This document shows, in pieces, positions 8,381 to 18,620 of a DNA stretch of 64,000 nucleotides. The stretch is from IMG/VR virus record IMGVR_UViG_3300028563_000012, positions 1-64,000 of that record; one strand, given 5' to 3'. Source of the stretch: a virus. Under the pieces are notes generated by a model, which saw only the letters and a list, made by a program, of their open reading frames with translations, was not told the origin of the DNA and ran no database searches. The position numbers and the translations under genes were made by a program. Within the stretch, counting starts at the first letter, position 1. The number at the start of each line of letters is the position of its first letter.

Positions 8381-9377
8381 TTTGGCACCCCATGTTCAAC
8401 AACTCCCTGAATCGCCCATCGGCCAACAGTGATTTGAACTGATACTTGGCCATCTGCAAGAATGCTGCTTGGCTGTCTGCCTTCGCCGGGATGAACTGAA
8501 GTGGCGCATGGCAATTCAACGCTGCCAGCTTGGCTGACATCACGACGTCGTTGTAGCAGTCGATCAGCGCGTGGTGCCAGGCCTTTGTCGGCTCGTTCGC
8601 AATCGCCCAATCCAAAACATCTTGCCATCGGCCGTGTTGCGCCAGCAGCTTCGCCGCTGTCTTAGGACCGATGCCCATGGCACCTGGGATGTTGTCGCCT
8701 GTATCGCCGGCCAAGGCCTTGAAGTCGCACACGTGGTCCGGCGCAACCCCGTAAGCAGCCATGACGCCAGCATCGTCAACAACGTCAAATTTGCCCTCCT
8801 TCAGCGGCCGGATCAACTTGACATTGCAGCCGACCAAGCGCATCAGATCGCGGTCGCCGCTCAATATCCCAATGCTGTTGCCATTTCTGTAATACTGCGT
8901 CAGTGTGGCAACGACGTCATCAGCCTCCCAGCCAGGTGCCTCGGCTTGTCGGATCCCCAGGTGGACGAATAACTCTTGCAGCACCCGTTGGCCATCGAAG
9001 ATCATTTTCATCATCTCACGGCGCTGGGATGCGTCCCCACCGTCTTGGGGAGCAGCAAGGCGCTCAGCATGGTGCTTGTAGTTGTCGAAGATCTTGAAAC
9101 GTTCGGTTGGTCCTTGACGACCATCCCACGCGATGAAAGGCACGCCGCCAAACTGTTTCCATGTGGCGTGAAGGATGCAGAGAAAACCGTACACCCCGCC
9201 CGTCATCACCTTTGATCCATCAGGCATCGTAGCAGACAACGGTTCGAAGGGCTTGCCGTTGTTGCGAACCTTCGCGGACGGGGCAGCCAGAACGCTTGTG
9301 GAGCGCCACAGCAGGTGGCGAGCGTCAACGATCAACAAATCGAAGCGCTCAGCCTCCATCCCTAGATGCCCCATCAA
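8373..9377 (-). CDS. 5'-3' exonuclease / flap endonuclease (Pol I N-terminal type)
   Basis: LLIVD, EADDVVATL, SGDRDL, ALAGDTGDNIPG.MGIGPKTAAKLL. Confidence 0.93.
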   Translation of the reverse strand: MMGHLGMEAERFDLLIVDARHLLWRSTSVLAAPSAKVRNNGKPFEPLSATMPDGSKVMTGGVYGFLCILHATWKQFGGVPFIAWDGRQGPTERFKIFDNYKHHAERLAAPQDGGDASQRREMMKMIFDGQRVLQELFVHLGIRQAEAPGWEADDVVATLTQYYRNGNSIGILSGDRDLMRLVGCNVKLIRPLKEGKFDVVDDAGVMAAYGVAPDHVCDFKALAGDTGDNIPGAMGIGPKTAAKLLAQHGRWQDVLDWAIANEPTKAWHHALIDCYNDVVMSAKLAALNCHAPLQFIPAKADSQAAFLQMAKYQFKSLLADGRFRELLNMGCQNA

Positions 9378-9530
9378 AAATGGAATAGCACCTTGAGCAG
9401 ATCTTCACGTTTTTCAGTGTTTTGTGAGCAACCCCGGAATGCGGGAAGAAAAGGCAGACCATCCTACGCCAAGCAAGGTTTTTCACTTCCAAGCGCAGCG
9501 GGCGAATCCATGTGCTTTTTCTGATTTTCA

Positions 9531-10022
9531 TCATTGCCAAGATCTGTTGTGCGTCATCAACACGTCATCTTTGAGGTTGACTATGTTGACGCCGGGCTCT
9601 TTGGGAATCAATATGGACGCATCATTTTGATCAAAGTTGTGAACTTCAATGCGCTTTCCCATGGCCACCAATCTGGACAATAGGTCTGTGTAGTCACCCT
9701 CACGTGACACCAAGCAAGCCACGTCATAGCTGTCTGCGGTGCGCTCCATGTCCTCCTTGATGGCTGTGTGAGCATCGCCGGGCAGGCTGCGGGTTGTGTA
9801 GCCCATGTGGAGCAAGGCCGTCTCAAACTTGGCCAGGTCGTTGACTTGGCGCAAGTACACCATGGACATGGCACAACGGCGGTTGCCGATCAGCAGCTTG
9901 CGCAGGTGGTTGTAGTTGATGCGTGACCCTTGCATCTCGTGTGCTTCGCCGTAGCGACGCGCATCAATCCACATGGACGCAGCGTCAACGAATATGGCGA
10001 CGCGTTCATTGTTGGGCTTCAT
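9531..10022 (-). CDS. NYN (LabA/DUF88, PIN-like) domain protein with degenerate active site
   Basis: RVAIFVD, INYNHL, LVSREGDY.DL...L...GKRIEV. Confidence 0.75.
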   Translation of the reverse strand: MKPNNERVAIFVDAASMWIDARRYGEAHEMQGSRINYNHLRKLLIGNRRCAMSMVYLRQVNDLAKFETALLHMGYTTRSLPGDAHTAIKEDMERTADSYDVACLVSREGDYTDLLSRLVAMGKRIEVHNFDQNDASILIPKEPGVNIVNLKDDVLMTHNRSWQ

Positions 10023-10686
10023 AGTTGATGAATTCCCTTCCGAGCAAGTTGACCGGGTTGGATTTTGTGACGCGCATGAATGCCTGTATTTCTTTGGGGT
10101 CAAGGGTATCCAAACGCAGCTTGCCTGAACGCAGGTTGATTTCGTCCAGCAGCACGCGACACAACGCGTACCCAACAACCAAATCCAAACGTGCCTCGGT
10201 CGGAAGTTGGGACCAGATCTTGGTCTTTGGCCACCGTTTGTACACTGACTCTTCCATCTCTTCTGGCTTCGCTGCTCCGTTGTGCGCCACATACATCTTC
10301 AAAGTCACCGGGTCGTGGAGCCGAAGTTTAGCGCCACTCATCACCGACGCGATCCGCGCCACCCCGCCCAACTCACCAATGTGGTGGACCATGCCTTTGC
10401 CCGATAATGCGTAGTCTTCTATGCATATATGCGTGGGATTGCGTTCCGCGATCACATTTAACAGGTAGTGCGACCACCAGAGCAAGCGATCAATCATGTG
10501 TTGGTGACGATCGGTCTTGTTCTTGGGTTTGATGCTGAGATGGACGCCGCCCCATGCTGCTTTGGCTTGCGTGGGTTTGCTTGTGACGTACTTGAACCAT
10601 GTCACCCGGCCTTCACCGTCCATTTCAACCAGTCCGGAATGGTTCAATGCAAGATCCCAACCGTGAATACGAATCGGGTGATTCAT
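10006..10686 (-). CDS. RuvC-like Holliday junction resolvase
   Basis: GWDLALNHSG, ICIEDY, IGELGGV, PVTLKMYV..NG.AK. Confidence 0.8.
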   Translation of the reverse strand: MNHPIRIHGWDLALNHSGLVEMDGEGRVTWFKYVTSKPTQAKAAWGGVHLSIKPKNKTDRHQHMIDRLLWWSHYLLNVIAERNPTHICIEDYALSGKGMVHHIGELGGVARIASVMSGAKLRLHDPVTLKMYVAHNGAAKPEEMEESVYKRWPKTKIWSQLPTEARLDLVVGYALCRVLLDEINLRSGKLRLDTLDPKEIQAFMRVTKSNPVNLLGREFINYEAQQ

Positions 10687-11012
10687 CGCGCCCTCGATGT
10701 ATTGATGGCAGTTGGGTTGTCGGCAGCCAATTTGGCCAATATTGCTTGCTTTTCTTGACTTGATGCCTTGCTTCTACAACAACCTTCTCTGCCAGGCTCG
10801 GCCATCTGGCAAGTCGATGACAAGTAGATGTAATGGGGGTGCTCACGATTGTCATCCGAGTCTTTGGTGCGAGCGCGGAATGGGCTGATAACGCTGCGGC
10901 ATCTAACGCAAGGCATCCTAACTGCAATTAACTTTGCCACCAACCAATCAGGAGCACCATTAACATAAACTGCATCGCACACAGGTCCGTACTTGCCATT
11001 GTTGTATCGCAT
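10683..11012 (-). CDS. Hypothetical Cys-rich protein
   Basis: PCVRC..ISPFR..C..CC; start uncertain. Confidence 0.5.
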   Translation of the reverse strand: MRYNNGKYGPVCDAVYVNGAPDWLVAKLIAVRMPCVRCRSVISPFRARTKDSDDNREHPHYIYLSSTCQMAEPGREGCCRSKASSQEKQAILAKLAADNPTAINTSRAR

Positions 11013-11065
11013 GTTGACCCTGATGAACGGTACAACATCTTGCCAAATTCTGTGCGTGGTGATAC

Positions 11066-11566
11066 TCAATCGTCGAATTCCTTCATGATAGCCTGGTAGT
11101 GGCTCCAAACGTTTTCGTTGCACACAACAGGCTGAACGATCGTGTCTCCTGACTCTTCTTTGCCGGCCTCGACCAGCTGCCACCCGGTATCAACCATCAT
11201 CTGATTGATGATCGGCAGCAAGCCGGAGTCGATGAGCCTGCGCCAAGGATCCGCGCGCTGGAAGTCGTTGGTGTGGTCGTCCAACAACTCAATGCTCATG
11301 GCTGTCGTGCCGCAAATTTCCATGTCATCGCTGATCGAGCGACGTTTCTGAATCAGCAAATTGACCATGGCGACTGCTTGTGTCAACTCCTCACATCTAA
11401 CATAGTGCGCCTCGCCGTTCTCCAAGTCCTCATCCAGCGGCTCCAGCCCTACTTGGCGCAACACATTGCGAATCAGGTCGATGGTCTTGGCCCAAACAGG
11501 TGCATCAAACCTGGCATCTTGAACAATCTTCAGATACTTCCCTGTCCATGCGCATGTCAGTTTCAT
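11066..11566 (-). CDS. Hypothetical protein
   Basis: 166 aa; ATGA overlap with the HNH gene. Confidence 0.6.
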   Translation of the reverse strand: MKLTCAWTGKYLKIVQDARFDAPVWAKTIDLIRNVLRQVGLEPLDEDLENGEAHYVRCEELTQAVAMVNLLIQKRRSISDDMEICGTTAMSIELLDDHTNDFQRADPWRRLIDSGLLPIINQMMVDTGWQLVEAGKEESGDTIVQPVVCNENVWSHYQAIMKEFDD

Positions 11567-12072
11567 TGTCGTTTCTCCGTCTTCAAGGCCGCCATGCTTC
11601 TGTATTTGTTGCCCTTAATGGCAGAGCAATGTGAGCATCCGATTGGGTGTTTTATGCCTCTGCGTTTAGCGGCTGATGCCTCGACAGCACATCTTGGCCG
11701 CGGAACTCCGGTTTTTGATGCGATCACCTTCAGCCTCCAAGACTCTGCCATCTTCTTTCCTTTGTTCCAATTTGGCGCCCACCGCCCTTTGGACATGGCA
11801 TCCTGTGTGTTGTCTGCATACGTCCCTTCGAACAAATGATCATCATTCACACACAATTGAGCATCACACTTGTGACAGCAACAAGGTTTGGGCCACCGGC
11901 CGTGTTTCAGAAAGAATGCGAAGCGGTGCGCGCCAACATTCACCCCGTGATACGAAAATACACCATAATGCGGATCTGCCCCAGCAGCACAAAGCCAACA
12001 GCATGTGCCTAAGACCGGATGAATTGGGCCGTTCTTGTTGACCTTAGACCAAAAGCGCTCTGCGTCCGTCAA
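11563..12072 (-). CDS. HNH homing endonuclease with NUMOD-like basic tail
   Basis: RFWSKV, CW, YG.F, AHRFAF, CHKCD..LCVN..HLFEGT..DN.QD...KGR. Confidence 0.9.
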   Translation of the reverse strand: MTDAERFWSKVNKNGPIHPVLGTCCWLCAAGADPHYGVFSYHGVNVGAHRFAFFLKHGRWPKPCCCHKCDAQLCVNDDHLFEGTYADNTQDAMSKGRWAPNWNKGKKMAESWRLKVIASKTGVPRPRCAVEASAAKRRGIKHPIGCSHCSAIKGNKYRSMAALKTEKRQ

Positions 12073-13874
12073 CCATCAACCTCCACGCGCGCAACACCAC
12101 CCTCTTTGACAATTGTGATCTGGCTCTCAAATAATTCCGCCAACCCTGAATCGTGTGAAACCACATATATTGATGATTTTGTCTCGCGCAGCTTGCGCAA
12201 CAAGTCCATAACCCGAGACTTCCCCGCGGCGTCAAGCCCATCCAGGACTTCATCCATCCCCAAGAAGTCGATGGCCGAATGCTCACGCGACGCCACCAAG
12301 TCCATCAACGCGAGATCAACCGCGATGCTGATTTTGCGCTTCTGGCCGCCACTCGGCCGGGAACCTTGAACACCTTCGATGCAAAGTTCCATGGCCAATT
12401 TGTCCCTGGATTCACCCGACTTCAGCTTGGACTGAGTGTCGAAGGTGACCTTGATATCACCGTCAGCCAACGTCTCCAGGTACTTGTTGGCACTGGTCGA
12501 GATCTGCGGCACGATGGCGTCCATCATCAACGAGGGCAAGCCAGCGTTGCCGAATCCCTTCACCCAATAGCGTGACAGCTCTGCTGCTCGCTCTTGCTCG
12601 GACAAATCCTGTCGCAAGACACCCAGCCTGTCGCGATATGCGCCCAACTTGATGGCATGCTCAGCCTTGCGAGCAACAACGCCGTTCCTATCGGCTTTCA
12701 AGCGATCCATCTCATCACCAGCGGATTCCGCGCGTTGAAGCTCGGATTGCAGTTGGCCGCGTTTCTCGCGCCAAGCCCGGTCTTGCTCCAGTTGCGCTTC
12801 CAGTGTCTCGATGCCGGCCTGTGCCTCGGTGATGGTTTGGACGTACTGCTCACGCGATTCCAACAGGGTGTTTACCTTTTCAGCATAGCCAGCAAGCTCT
12901 TGCTTCATCGCTGTGACGCGCTTTTTGGCCTCCGGCGTGTTGCTTGTCTTGGCACCGCAAGTCGGGCAGATCCCGCGCTCCAGCTGTTGGATTTGCTTGT
13001 CCAAGCTTTTAGCCGCTGATGCGGCCACGGCGCCGTTGCGGTCGCACGAGGAAACGTGTTGTTCCAGCGTGCGGATGTCGGCACGCGCCTTGGCCATCTG
13101 CACATTAAGCGCCTCGAAATCTTTGATGCGCTGGTTCAGCAAGTCGAGCACATGCTTGATCTTGGGTGCTTTGGCAACCTCGACTCTCTGAGTCGCCAAG
13201 TCTGCATCGATGCGGGCAAGTTCCGCATCCAGCCCATCTGTGGTCCCAAGGCCAGCAATGAACGCTTCGCCCTTGCCGATGTTGGCTTGTGTTGCTGCGA
13301 TGGCCTTGTCCGCGGTTTCGACTTCCTTGCGTGCGAGCTTCAGAGCAGCATCCAGCACGTCCAAGCGCAGGATGCGCTTCAGGATGGATTTGCGCTCGCC
13401 ATCTGTGGTCTTTGGATCCGCGAAGCGTGCGAGATCGCCTTGGCCATAGACCACCGTATTGCGCCAGGTCTTCACGTCCATGGCAAGGATGCGCTCGACT
13501 TCAGCTTGAGTCAACTCCGGAGTGGCCATAGAGATTGCTTGTTCATCGCATGCCAGCTGAAGCCCAACAGCCTTGCCTCGACGTTTTTGCCGCTCTAACT
13601 TGTAGGCATGGCCATCATCACTCCATTCGATCAGCACGTCCATCTCGGGTTGGCCGATACGAATGAGCTCATCACCACGAGCGCCATCATTGGTCTCACC
13701 AAACAGGCCCCACTGGATGGCATCGAACAAGTGGCTTTTCCCGGATCCGTTGGAGTCGGCTGCGTCCGTATCGCGGTTGTCACCCTTGATCAACCACAGG
13801 CCGTTCTCAAACACCAAGTTGATCATGCCGAGCGGCCCAAAGTCCTTGATGCCTATGCTGTTGAACTTGATCAT
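12069..13874 (-). CDS. SbcC/Rad50/gp46-like recombination ATPase
   Basis: Walker A NGSGKS, Q-loop, CPTCG hook, SGGQK signature, MDEVLDGLD, VVSHD. Confidence 0.95.
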   Translation of the reverse strand: MIKFNSIGIKDFGPLGMINLVFENGLWLIKGDNRDTDAADSNGSGKSHLFDAIQWGLFGETNDGARGDELIRIGQPEMDVLIEWSDDGHAYKLERQKRRGKAVGLQLACDEQAISMATPELTQAEVERILAMDVKTWRNTVVYGQGDLARFADPKTTDGERKSILKRILRLDVLDAALKLARKEVETADKAIAATQANIGKGEAFIAGLGTTDGLDAELARIDADLATQRVEVAKAPKIKHVLDLLNQRIKDFEALNVQMAKARADIRTLEQHVSSCDRNGAVAASAAKSLDKQIQQLERGICPTCGAKTSNTPEAKKRVTAMKQELAGYAEKVNTLLESREQYVQTITEAQAGIETLEAQLEQDRAWREKRGQLQSELQRAESAGDEMDRLKADRNGVVARKAEHAIKLGAYRDRLGVLRQDLSEQERAAELSRYWVKGFGNAGLPSLMMDAIVPQISTSANKYLETLADGDIKVTFDTQSKLKSGESRDKLAMELCIEGVQGSRPSGGQKRKISIAVDLALMDLVASREHSAIDFLGMDEVLDGLDAAGKSRVMDLLRKLRETKSSIYVVSHDSGLAELFESQITIVKEGGVARVEVDG

Positions 13875-14125
13875 CTTCGCACCACCGCTTTCTCGCCAAG
13901 AAACTGGGATGCCAAATTCCAGCATGCGCTTGATCGCGATTCCGGCGTTGTGGGCAAACGCTCACCCAACACGAAAACCACTTCATCCAAAATCATATCA
14001 CACAGTTCCTCTGTCAGCGAATAAGACAGACCGTGAGCCTGACAATGAAACCTGATGTTCACCATTGGGCGCTCTGCAAAATCAGCCAAAGCAAACGCTG
14101 CTCGCCTGAAATGACGAACATTCAT
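13871..14125 (-). CDS. Hypothetical protein
   Basis: ATGA overlaps with both the SbcD-like and SbcC-like genes. Confidence 0.55.
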   Translation of the reverse strand: MNVRHFRRAAFALADFAERPMVNIRFHCQAHGLSYSLTEELCDMILDEVVFVLGERLPTTPESRSSACWNLASQFLGEKAVVRR

Positions 14126-15249
14126 TTCACACCGCCTTCCGCCGCGGCGATGAAGTCCAACCCCTTCTGAAGCAGAGCAGCACGGTCAAGCTCCGTCGTC
14201 ACCATCTTGGTGTAGCCATCAAGCGCCACATTCCATGTCATGGCGGACGGGGCAACACCCGAGTCGTCAACCAGTCTGTTCTTGGCCTGTTGTTCCTTCG
14301 GAATCAGGACTGGCTTAGCCATGGCGGCTTTTCCGTCATCGATCAACGATTCACACAATTTTTTGGCGTCTTCCAGATTGGCAGATCTGACGGTGACGTA
14401 GTCACCAGCGCTTCCCGTTGACCAATAGTCGGCGTAATCCGGCCGTTGCTGTGAATCCAGCGTTATTGTGTGGAACTTCGGCGCCTTGGCGGGGCATAGC
14501 GCGGCCTTGACGTTCTTGTAGTCGCATCCCAAGAGCGTCCATCCGCGAACCTCACCCTCATCACCGAAGTTGTGTTGTAGCGGTGCGCCAATGTACATGA
14601 TGTTGTTCTTGGGACCGAGCGTTTGGCGCGTGTGAAAATGACCTGAAAGTGTGAACCTGAATTGGGCCAGCAGTTCGGATGACACGCCGTCCGGGCAAAC
14701 CCAATTTCCCATCTTACCACCGGTGATGGACTGGTGGATCAGCGGGATGCCCTTGCCCTTCCATGCTGGCAACCAACTTTCGATGATTTCCGTGGCACGT
14801 TTCTCGGGTTGATAGGGCAGCGGCAAGAACACTGGATCACCGGTTGAGGCGCCTGTCGTGAATGGTTCACCGAGCGGAGCAGACACCCCAGCAACCCAGC
14901 AACCGATGTCGGTGAAGGCATCCAAAATGAAGTGCTTGCCTGCGCCGTCCGCGGCTTCGTGATTGCCGGGAACGAGCAACACCCGGCGGAACGTCCCTTG
15001 CGATGCGAACATGCGGCGGAGCGCCGACGATACCGCTTTCAATGTGATGGCGTCGGCAAGCCGCTTGTCGAGGAGATCCCCAAGTATCCAAATGTCTGGA
15101 ATCTCTTGCTTGTTGGCGTACTCACGCGCCTGATCCAAGACACTGATGGTGTCCAAAAGCCGATCAGTGTACATGGTATCCGGGTTGCGCTTGGAATGCG
15201 GCAGCGCGTTGCTGCAATGGATGTCAGATATGAGGATCGCTCGGTACAT
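14122..15249 (-). CDS. SbcD/Mre11/gp47-like metallophosphoesterase nuclease
   Basis: SDIH, GDLLD, GNHE, H, SGHFH; beside the SbcC-like gene. Confidence 0.92.
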   Translation of the reverse strand: MYRAILISDIHCSNALPHSKRNPDTMYTDRLLDTISVLDQAREYANKQEIPDIWILGDLLDKRLADAITLKAVSSALRRMFASQGTFRRVLLVPGNHEAADGAGKHFILDAFTDIGCWVAGVSAPLGEPFTTGASTGDPVFLPLPYQPEKRATEIIESWLPAWKGKGIPLIHQSITGGKMGNWVCPDGVSSELLAQFRFTLSGHFHTRQTLGPKNNIMYIGAPLQHNFGDEGEVRGWTLLGCDYKNVKAALCPAKAPKFHTITLDSQQRPDYADYWSTGSAGDYVTVRSANLEDAKKLCESLIDDGKAAMAKPVLIPKEQQAKNRLVDDSGVAPSAMTWNVALDGYTKMVTTELDRAALLQKGLDFIAAAEGGVK

Positions 15250-15427
15250 TGTTCAGTCCAGTTCCTGTGTGCTGGTCGAGGATGTGGGATCGCATCTCTT
15301 CACGCGCCCTATCCAAGTTGCCGTGGTCCTTGCAGTATCCTATGTCAAGCGCGCAAACGTGGCACTGGTGCCAGTGGCTGATCAGCGCTGCGCACTCGTT
15401 GCATGGGATTTGGACGCGGCCGCTCAT
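15224..15427 (-). CDS. Small Zn-finger protein
   Basis: CNEC, CHVC, C..H, H....H. Confidence 0.55.
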   Translation of the reverse strand: MSGRVQIPCNECAALISHWHQCHVCALDIGYCKDHGNLDRAREEMRSHILDQHTGTGLNNVPSDPHI

Positions 15428-15431
15428 GGTT

Positions 15432-16625
15432 TTATGGTGGTAGTTTGTACGTCTCGCGATCGATTTCGATCAAACGTGCCATGAATTCAGGATGATCCTT
15501 CATGATCCTCTGAATCCCCTTTGTCCCTTGCCATTTCAATGGTTCTCCTGTTGGAGCATCGAAGGGATACGGGCACTCATAGATGCCCTTCGAGTAAGAC
15601 ATCATCCCCAAGTCGCAGCCGCGTTGGAGTTGGGCGTCAACCAAGTCGATCCCTTGTCCCCAAACCATCGAAAACTTGCCAACCTTGAAAGGCGGCGCAA
15701 CCTGGTTCTTGATGACCTTGGCCTTCACTTTAGAGCCGATGTCTGTGTCACCGCGCTTCAGGAAGCCGTCACGCTCCAACGATACGATGACCGCGGCGTA
15801 CATCTTTGGCGCCTTCCCACAAGCAACCAATTCAGTCCAACTCGCTGTGCCGCCCATTGACGTCCGGGGTTGGCTGATGAACATGATCGTCACCTTCGTG
15901 CCAGCGATAGCGCGCACCAACTTAGGCAACTTTGATGACATAACGCGGGCTTGAGGGCCAACAAACAGTTTGGTTGGATCTTCTTCTTCAAATTCAGCAA
16001 TGGTACGAGCAGCATTCATGCTGTCCAAGACGATAAGCAGCGGCTTGTCCGGCGCTTTCGCGGTCATGATCTTCACGGCGCTCTCCATCAACGGAAAGCA
16101 ATTCTCCAAGCCAAAAGGCTGAGAGAGCAACATGTCATCGAGATTCACACCAATCGATTTGGCGTAATCGAGATCAAGCTTGTGCTCCTGATCCAGATAA
16201 ACGATCTTGCCTCCCATTTCTTGGACTGAAAGGCATGCGTGGAGGGCGATTGTGGTCTTGCCTCCGCCTTCCGGGCCCGTGACGATGACCAACCTTGCCA
16301 TCGGCCAACCGCCACGACCAAGAGCAGCATCCAACGTTGGAACACGCGACGGAATCACCCCAGGCAATTTCACCCGTAGCTTGGGCGATGTGCTGACATC
16401 GGTCGGAGACAATTTTGACAACTCATCAGCAAGATGATCCGTCAAGTTGAAAGCAACAACGGCTTTGACTTTCGGGACCGGCGGCGCTTTGCTGATTGGA
16501 TTGTGAGATTTGGCAACGGCAACCACTGGCTTCGCCACTTTCGGAACCGCCACACTCTTTTGCGGTATTGGCGACTTCGGCGTTGCGGCGGTTTTGCCCG
16601 CCGCTATTGTGGCTGCCGTTGCCAT
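15432..16625 (-). CDS. recA: RecA/UvsX recombinase with Ala/Lys/Pro-rich N-terminal extension
   Basis: LDAALG.GG.P, GPEGGGKTT, D.EH.LD..YA..IGV, QARVMS, KNQVAPPFK. Confidence 0.95.
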   Translation of the reverse strand: MATAATIAAGKTAATPKSPIPQKSVAVPKVAKPVVAVAKSHNPISKAPPVPKVKAVVAFNLTDHLADELSKLSPTDVSTSPKLRVKLPGVIPSRVPTLDAALGRGGWPMARLVIVTGPEGGGKTTIALHACLSVQEMGGKIVYLDQEHKLDLDYAKSIGVNLDDMLLSQPFGLENCFPLMESAVKIMTAKAPDKPLLIVLDSMNAARTIAEFEEEDPTKLFVGPQARVMSSKLPKLVRAIAGTKVTIMFISQPRTSMGGTASWTELVACGKAPKMYAAVIVSLERDGFLKRGDTDIGSKVKAKVIKNQVAPPFKVGKFSMVWGQGIDLVDAQLQRGCDLGMMSYSKGIYECPYPFDAPTGEPLKWQGTKGIQRIMKDHPEFMARLIEIDRETYKLPP

Positions 16626-16628
16626 GTG

Positions 16629-18104
16629 CTACTTCGTTTTCTTCGCAGGAGCAGGCTTGGGACTGGTCTTCAGCAGTTCGGCCTCCAGTTTCCTCAGCTC
16701 ATCATCCGCTTCGGCGCTGGTTGCATCGGCAGCAGCGCCGTCCGGTTCTACCGCGGCCTCTTCAGCCGTGACCATCTGCTTCACCGCATCGGCCGCTTCC
16801 AGCTTCAGCAGGGTGTTGGTGTTGTTCTGCACGAACAAGTGCTTGCCCTTGGCCGGGCCCTTGTAGGTGGCTTCGACGTCATCGGCGCCAACGGTGACCA
16901 GGTAAACCTGACCGGCAGTGCATTCAGACGCGCTGAGGTGAGCGACTTCATCGGCCACCGTTTCATCGCTGACACTCACCTCGGATGCCTCCGCAGCGGC
17001 AGCCCCGGCACCGGGAAGATCCACGCCGCACTTGTCGAAGCATTCCTTGTTCACCGGGCAGTCCTGGCAGATTTTCTCGCCAGCGTCCGGGTCCAACCCG
17101 AAACATGCGGGTTTTTCCAGCTCTGCCTTGGGCAAGGACTTGAGAGCAACCTTGGCAGGCGCAGGCTTGGATGCAGGGGCAGGCTTCGCAGGTGCGGCCG
17201 CGGGTTTGGAGTTGGTCGGCGGTGCTTTGGCAGCTGGCTTAGCCGCGGTCGCAGCCTTCGCCCCAGGAGCAGCATGAGTCCCAGCAGCAGGCTCAGATGC
17301 CACGCTTTGACCAGGATCCTGCTCATAGTCGTCACCTTCAGGCGTCCCGGCCATCATCTTTTCGACATCTTCAGGCGTACGCAATTTGGTCGCGATCACC
17401 TTGTAAGGATCGCACTTCTCACCAGGCGCCATGTCGGATGCAAGCGCATCCCGCAAAGATTGCGACAAGGCAATCGGCGTCTTGAAGCTTTCCATGTGCG
17501 GCTGGATGTTGTACTTGGTATCAGTCTGGCCCTTGCCCTCACGCATGATGCGCACCAGGCTAGCGCCATCCGGGTTGGTGATGTCTCCGCCGGCCGCGAA
17601 TTGATCGACAAATCCGGTCCAAACCGTGAAACTGCTGAAATAGGGCATGATGGCGTTAACATCAGGCCATGGCGAGAATGGCTTGCGAGCATCCGCACGC
17701 GTGAGCAACGGCACGACGATCCAGAGCCACTGACGCTTTGCCTTCTGGCGATCCGACAGCGCGCCCTCATCGAGTTTTCTGCAGACAGCGCAACCGCCAG
17801 CAACTGCGTCCTTGGAATCCTTTCCGATCTTGACCTTTTCGATGGCCAAACCGCGTTCCTTTGCCAAAGCCACGAGATACTTGTTATACATGAGCGGCTG
17901 GTTCAACGGATCCTGGCAGATGGCCATCTGTCCGCTCTTGCCGAGACCCCAGTGGCACATCACTTCCAGGTAAGGAAGATCATCATCATCACGTGCCGGC
18001 GGTGCGATGTACACCGCTGTGTCGCCGACTGGCGCCTTGAACTCGTCTGCACTTTTCTGTGCCTTGGCGCGATCTTGCGCCATTCTGTCCAGATTGATAC
18101 CCAT
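16629..18104 (-). CDS. gp32-like single-stranded DNA-binding protein with long C-terminal extension
   Basis: H..C..C..C core, DITNPDG, GKGQ.DTKY; position next to RecA; acidic tail. Confidence 0.7.
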   Translation of the reverse strand: MGINLDRMAQDRAKAQKSADEFKAPVGDTAVYIAPPARDDDDLPYLEVMCHWGLGKSGQMAICQDPLNQPLMYNKYLVALAKERGLAIEKVKIGKDSKDAVAGGCAVCRKLDEGALSDRQKAKRQWLWIVVPLLTRADARKPFSPWPDVNAIMPYFSSFTVWTGFVDQFAAGGDITNPDGASLVRIMREGKGQTDTKYNIQPHMESFKTPIALSQSLRDALASDMAPGEKCDPYKVIATKLRTPEDVEKMMAGTPEGDDYEQDPGQSVASEPAAGTHAAPGAKAATAAKPAAKAPPTNSKPAAAPAKPAPASKPAPAKVALKSLPKAELEKPACFGLDPDAGEKICQDCPVNKECFDKCGVDLPGAGAAAAEASEVSVSDETVADEVAHLSASECTAGQVYLVTVGADDVEATYKGPAKGKHLFVQNNTNTLLKLEAADAVKQMVTAEEAAVEPDGAAADATSAEADDELRKLEAELLKTSPKPAPAKKTK

Positions 18105-18110
18105 GGTGCT

Positions 18111-18614
18111 TTACTCTCCAGTTTCAGTTGATTGATTGCGGCGTTGTTGGCGCGCGTGCCTGAACTTTTCCATCCGATTGTCATCGGTCCTGCCGAGATC
18201 TGCAGCCCGCGCTCCGTCGATTCCTGCTGAATTCGTCATCGCCTTCAACATATCATGTTGCTTTTGAAATCCGAGCAGCACGGCCTTGGCTTTGGCGACG
18301 GTGTTGCGTTGCTTCGCAAGCTTTTTGTCCCAAGACAGGCAATCGGCCTGAGCAGCGATGGCGGCCTTGATCTTCCATTCGGCAGATCCGGAATCGGGCG
18401 ACTTCAATATGATGGAGACAGCCCTGCCGTTCCAATTGGACTTTTCAGCCTCCATGATGTCCATCTCTTCCTCGGCATTGGCGACAACGGTCGACCAATA
18501 GGCGATGTTGGACGCTGATTTGGAGCGCAAATCGTCTGTGTCAATGATGTCCAGTTCAGAGAAATCAAATGTGAAATTTTCACCATTGACACAGAATGTT
18601 ACGATTTGCGGCAT
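18111..18614 (-). CDS. Helical protein, possibly a UvsY-like recombination mediator
   Basis: Size, helical pattern and position beside SSB/RecA; inference only. Confidence 0.4.
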   Translation of the reverse strand: MPQIVTFCVNGENFTFDFSELDIIDTDDLRSKSASNIAYWSTVVANAEEEMDIMEAEKSNWNGRAVSIILKSPDSGSAEWKIKAAIAAQADCLSWDKKLAKQRNTVAKAKAVLLGFQKQHDMLKAMTNSAGIDGARAADLGRTDDNRMEKFRHARQQRRNQSTETGE

Positions 18615-18620
18615 GTGCTC

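Noticed and set aside
16434-18131. 565-aa plus-strand ORF and other long plus-strand ORFs (e.g. 19443..20441, 33635..34477, 57468..58157)
   Set aside because: Antisense shadows of clearly recognisable minus-strand genes; no motifs.
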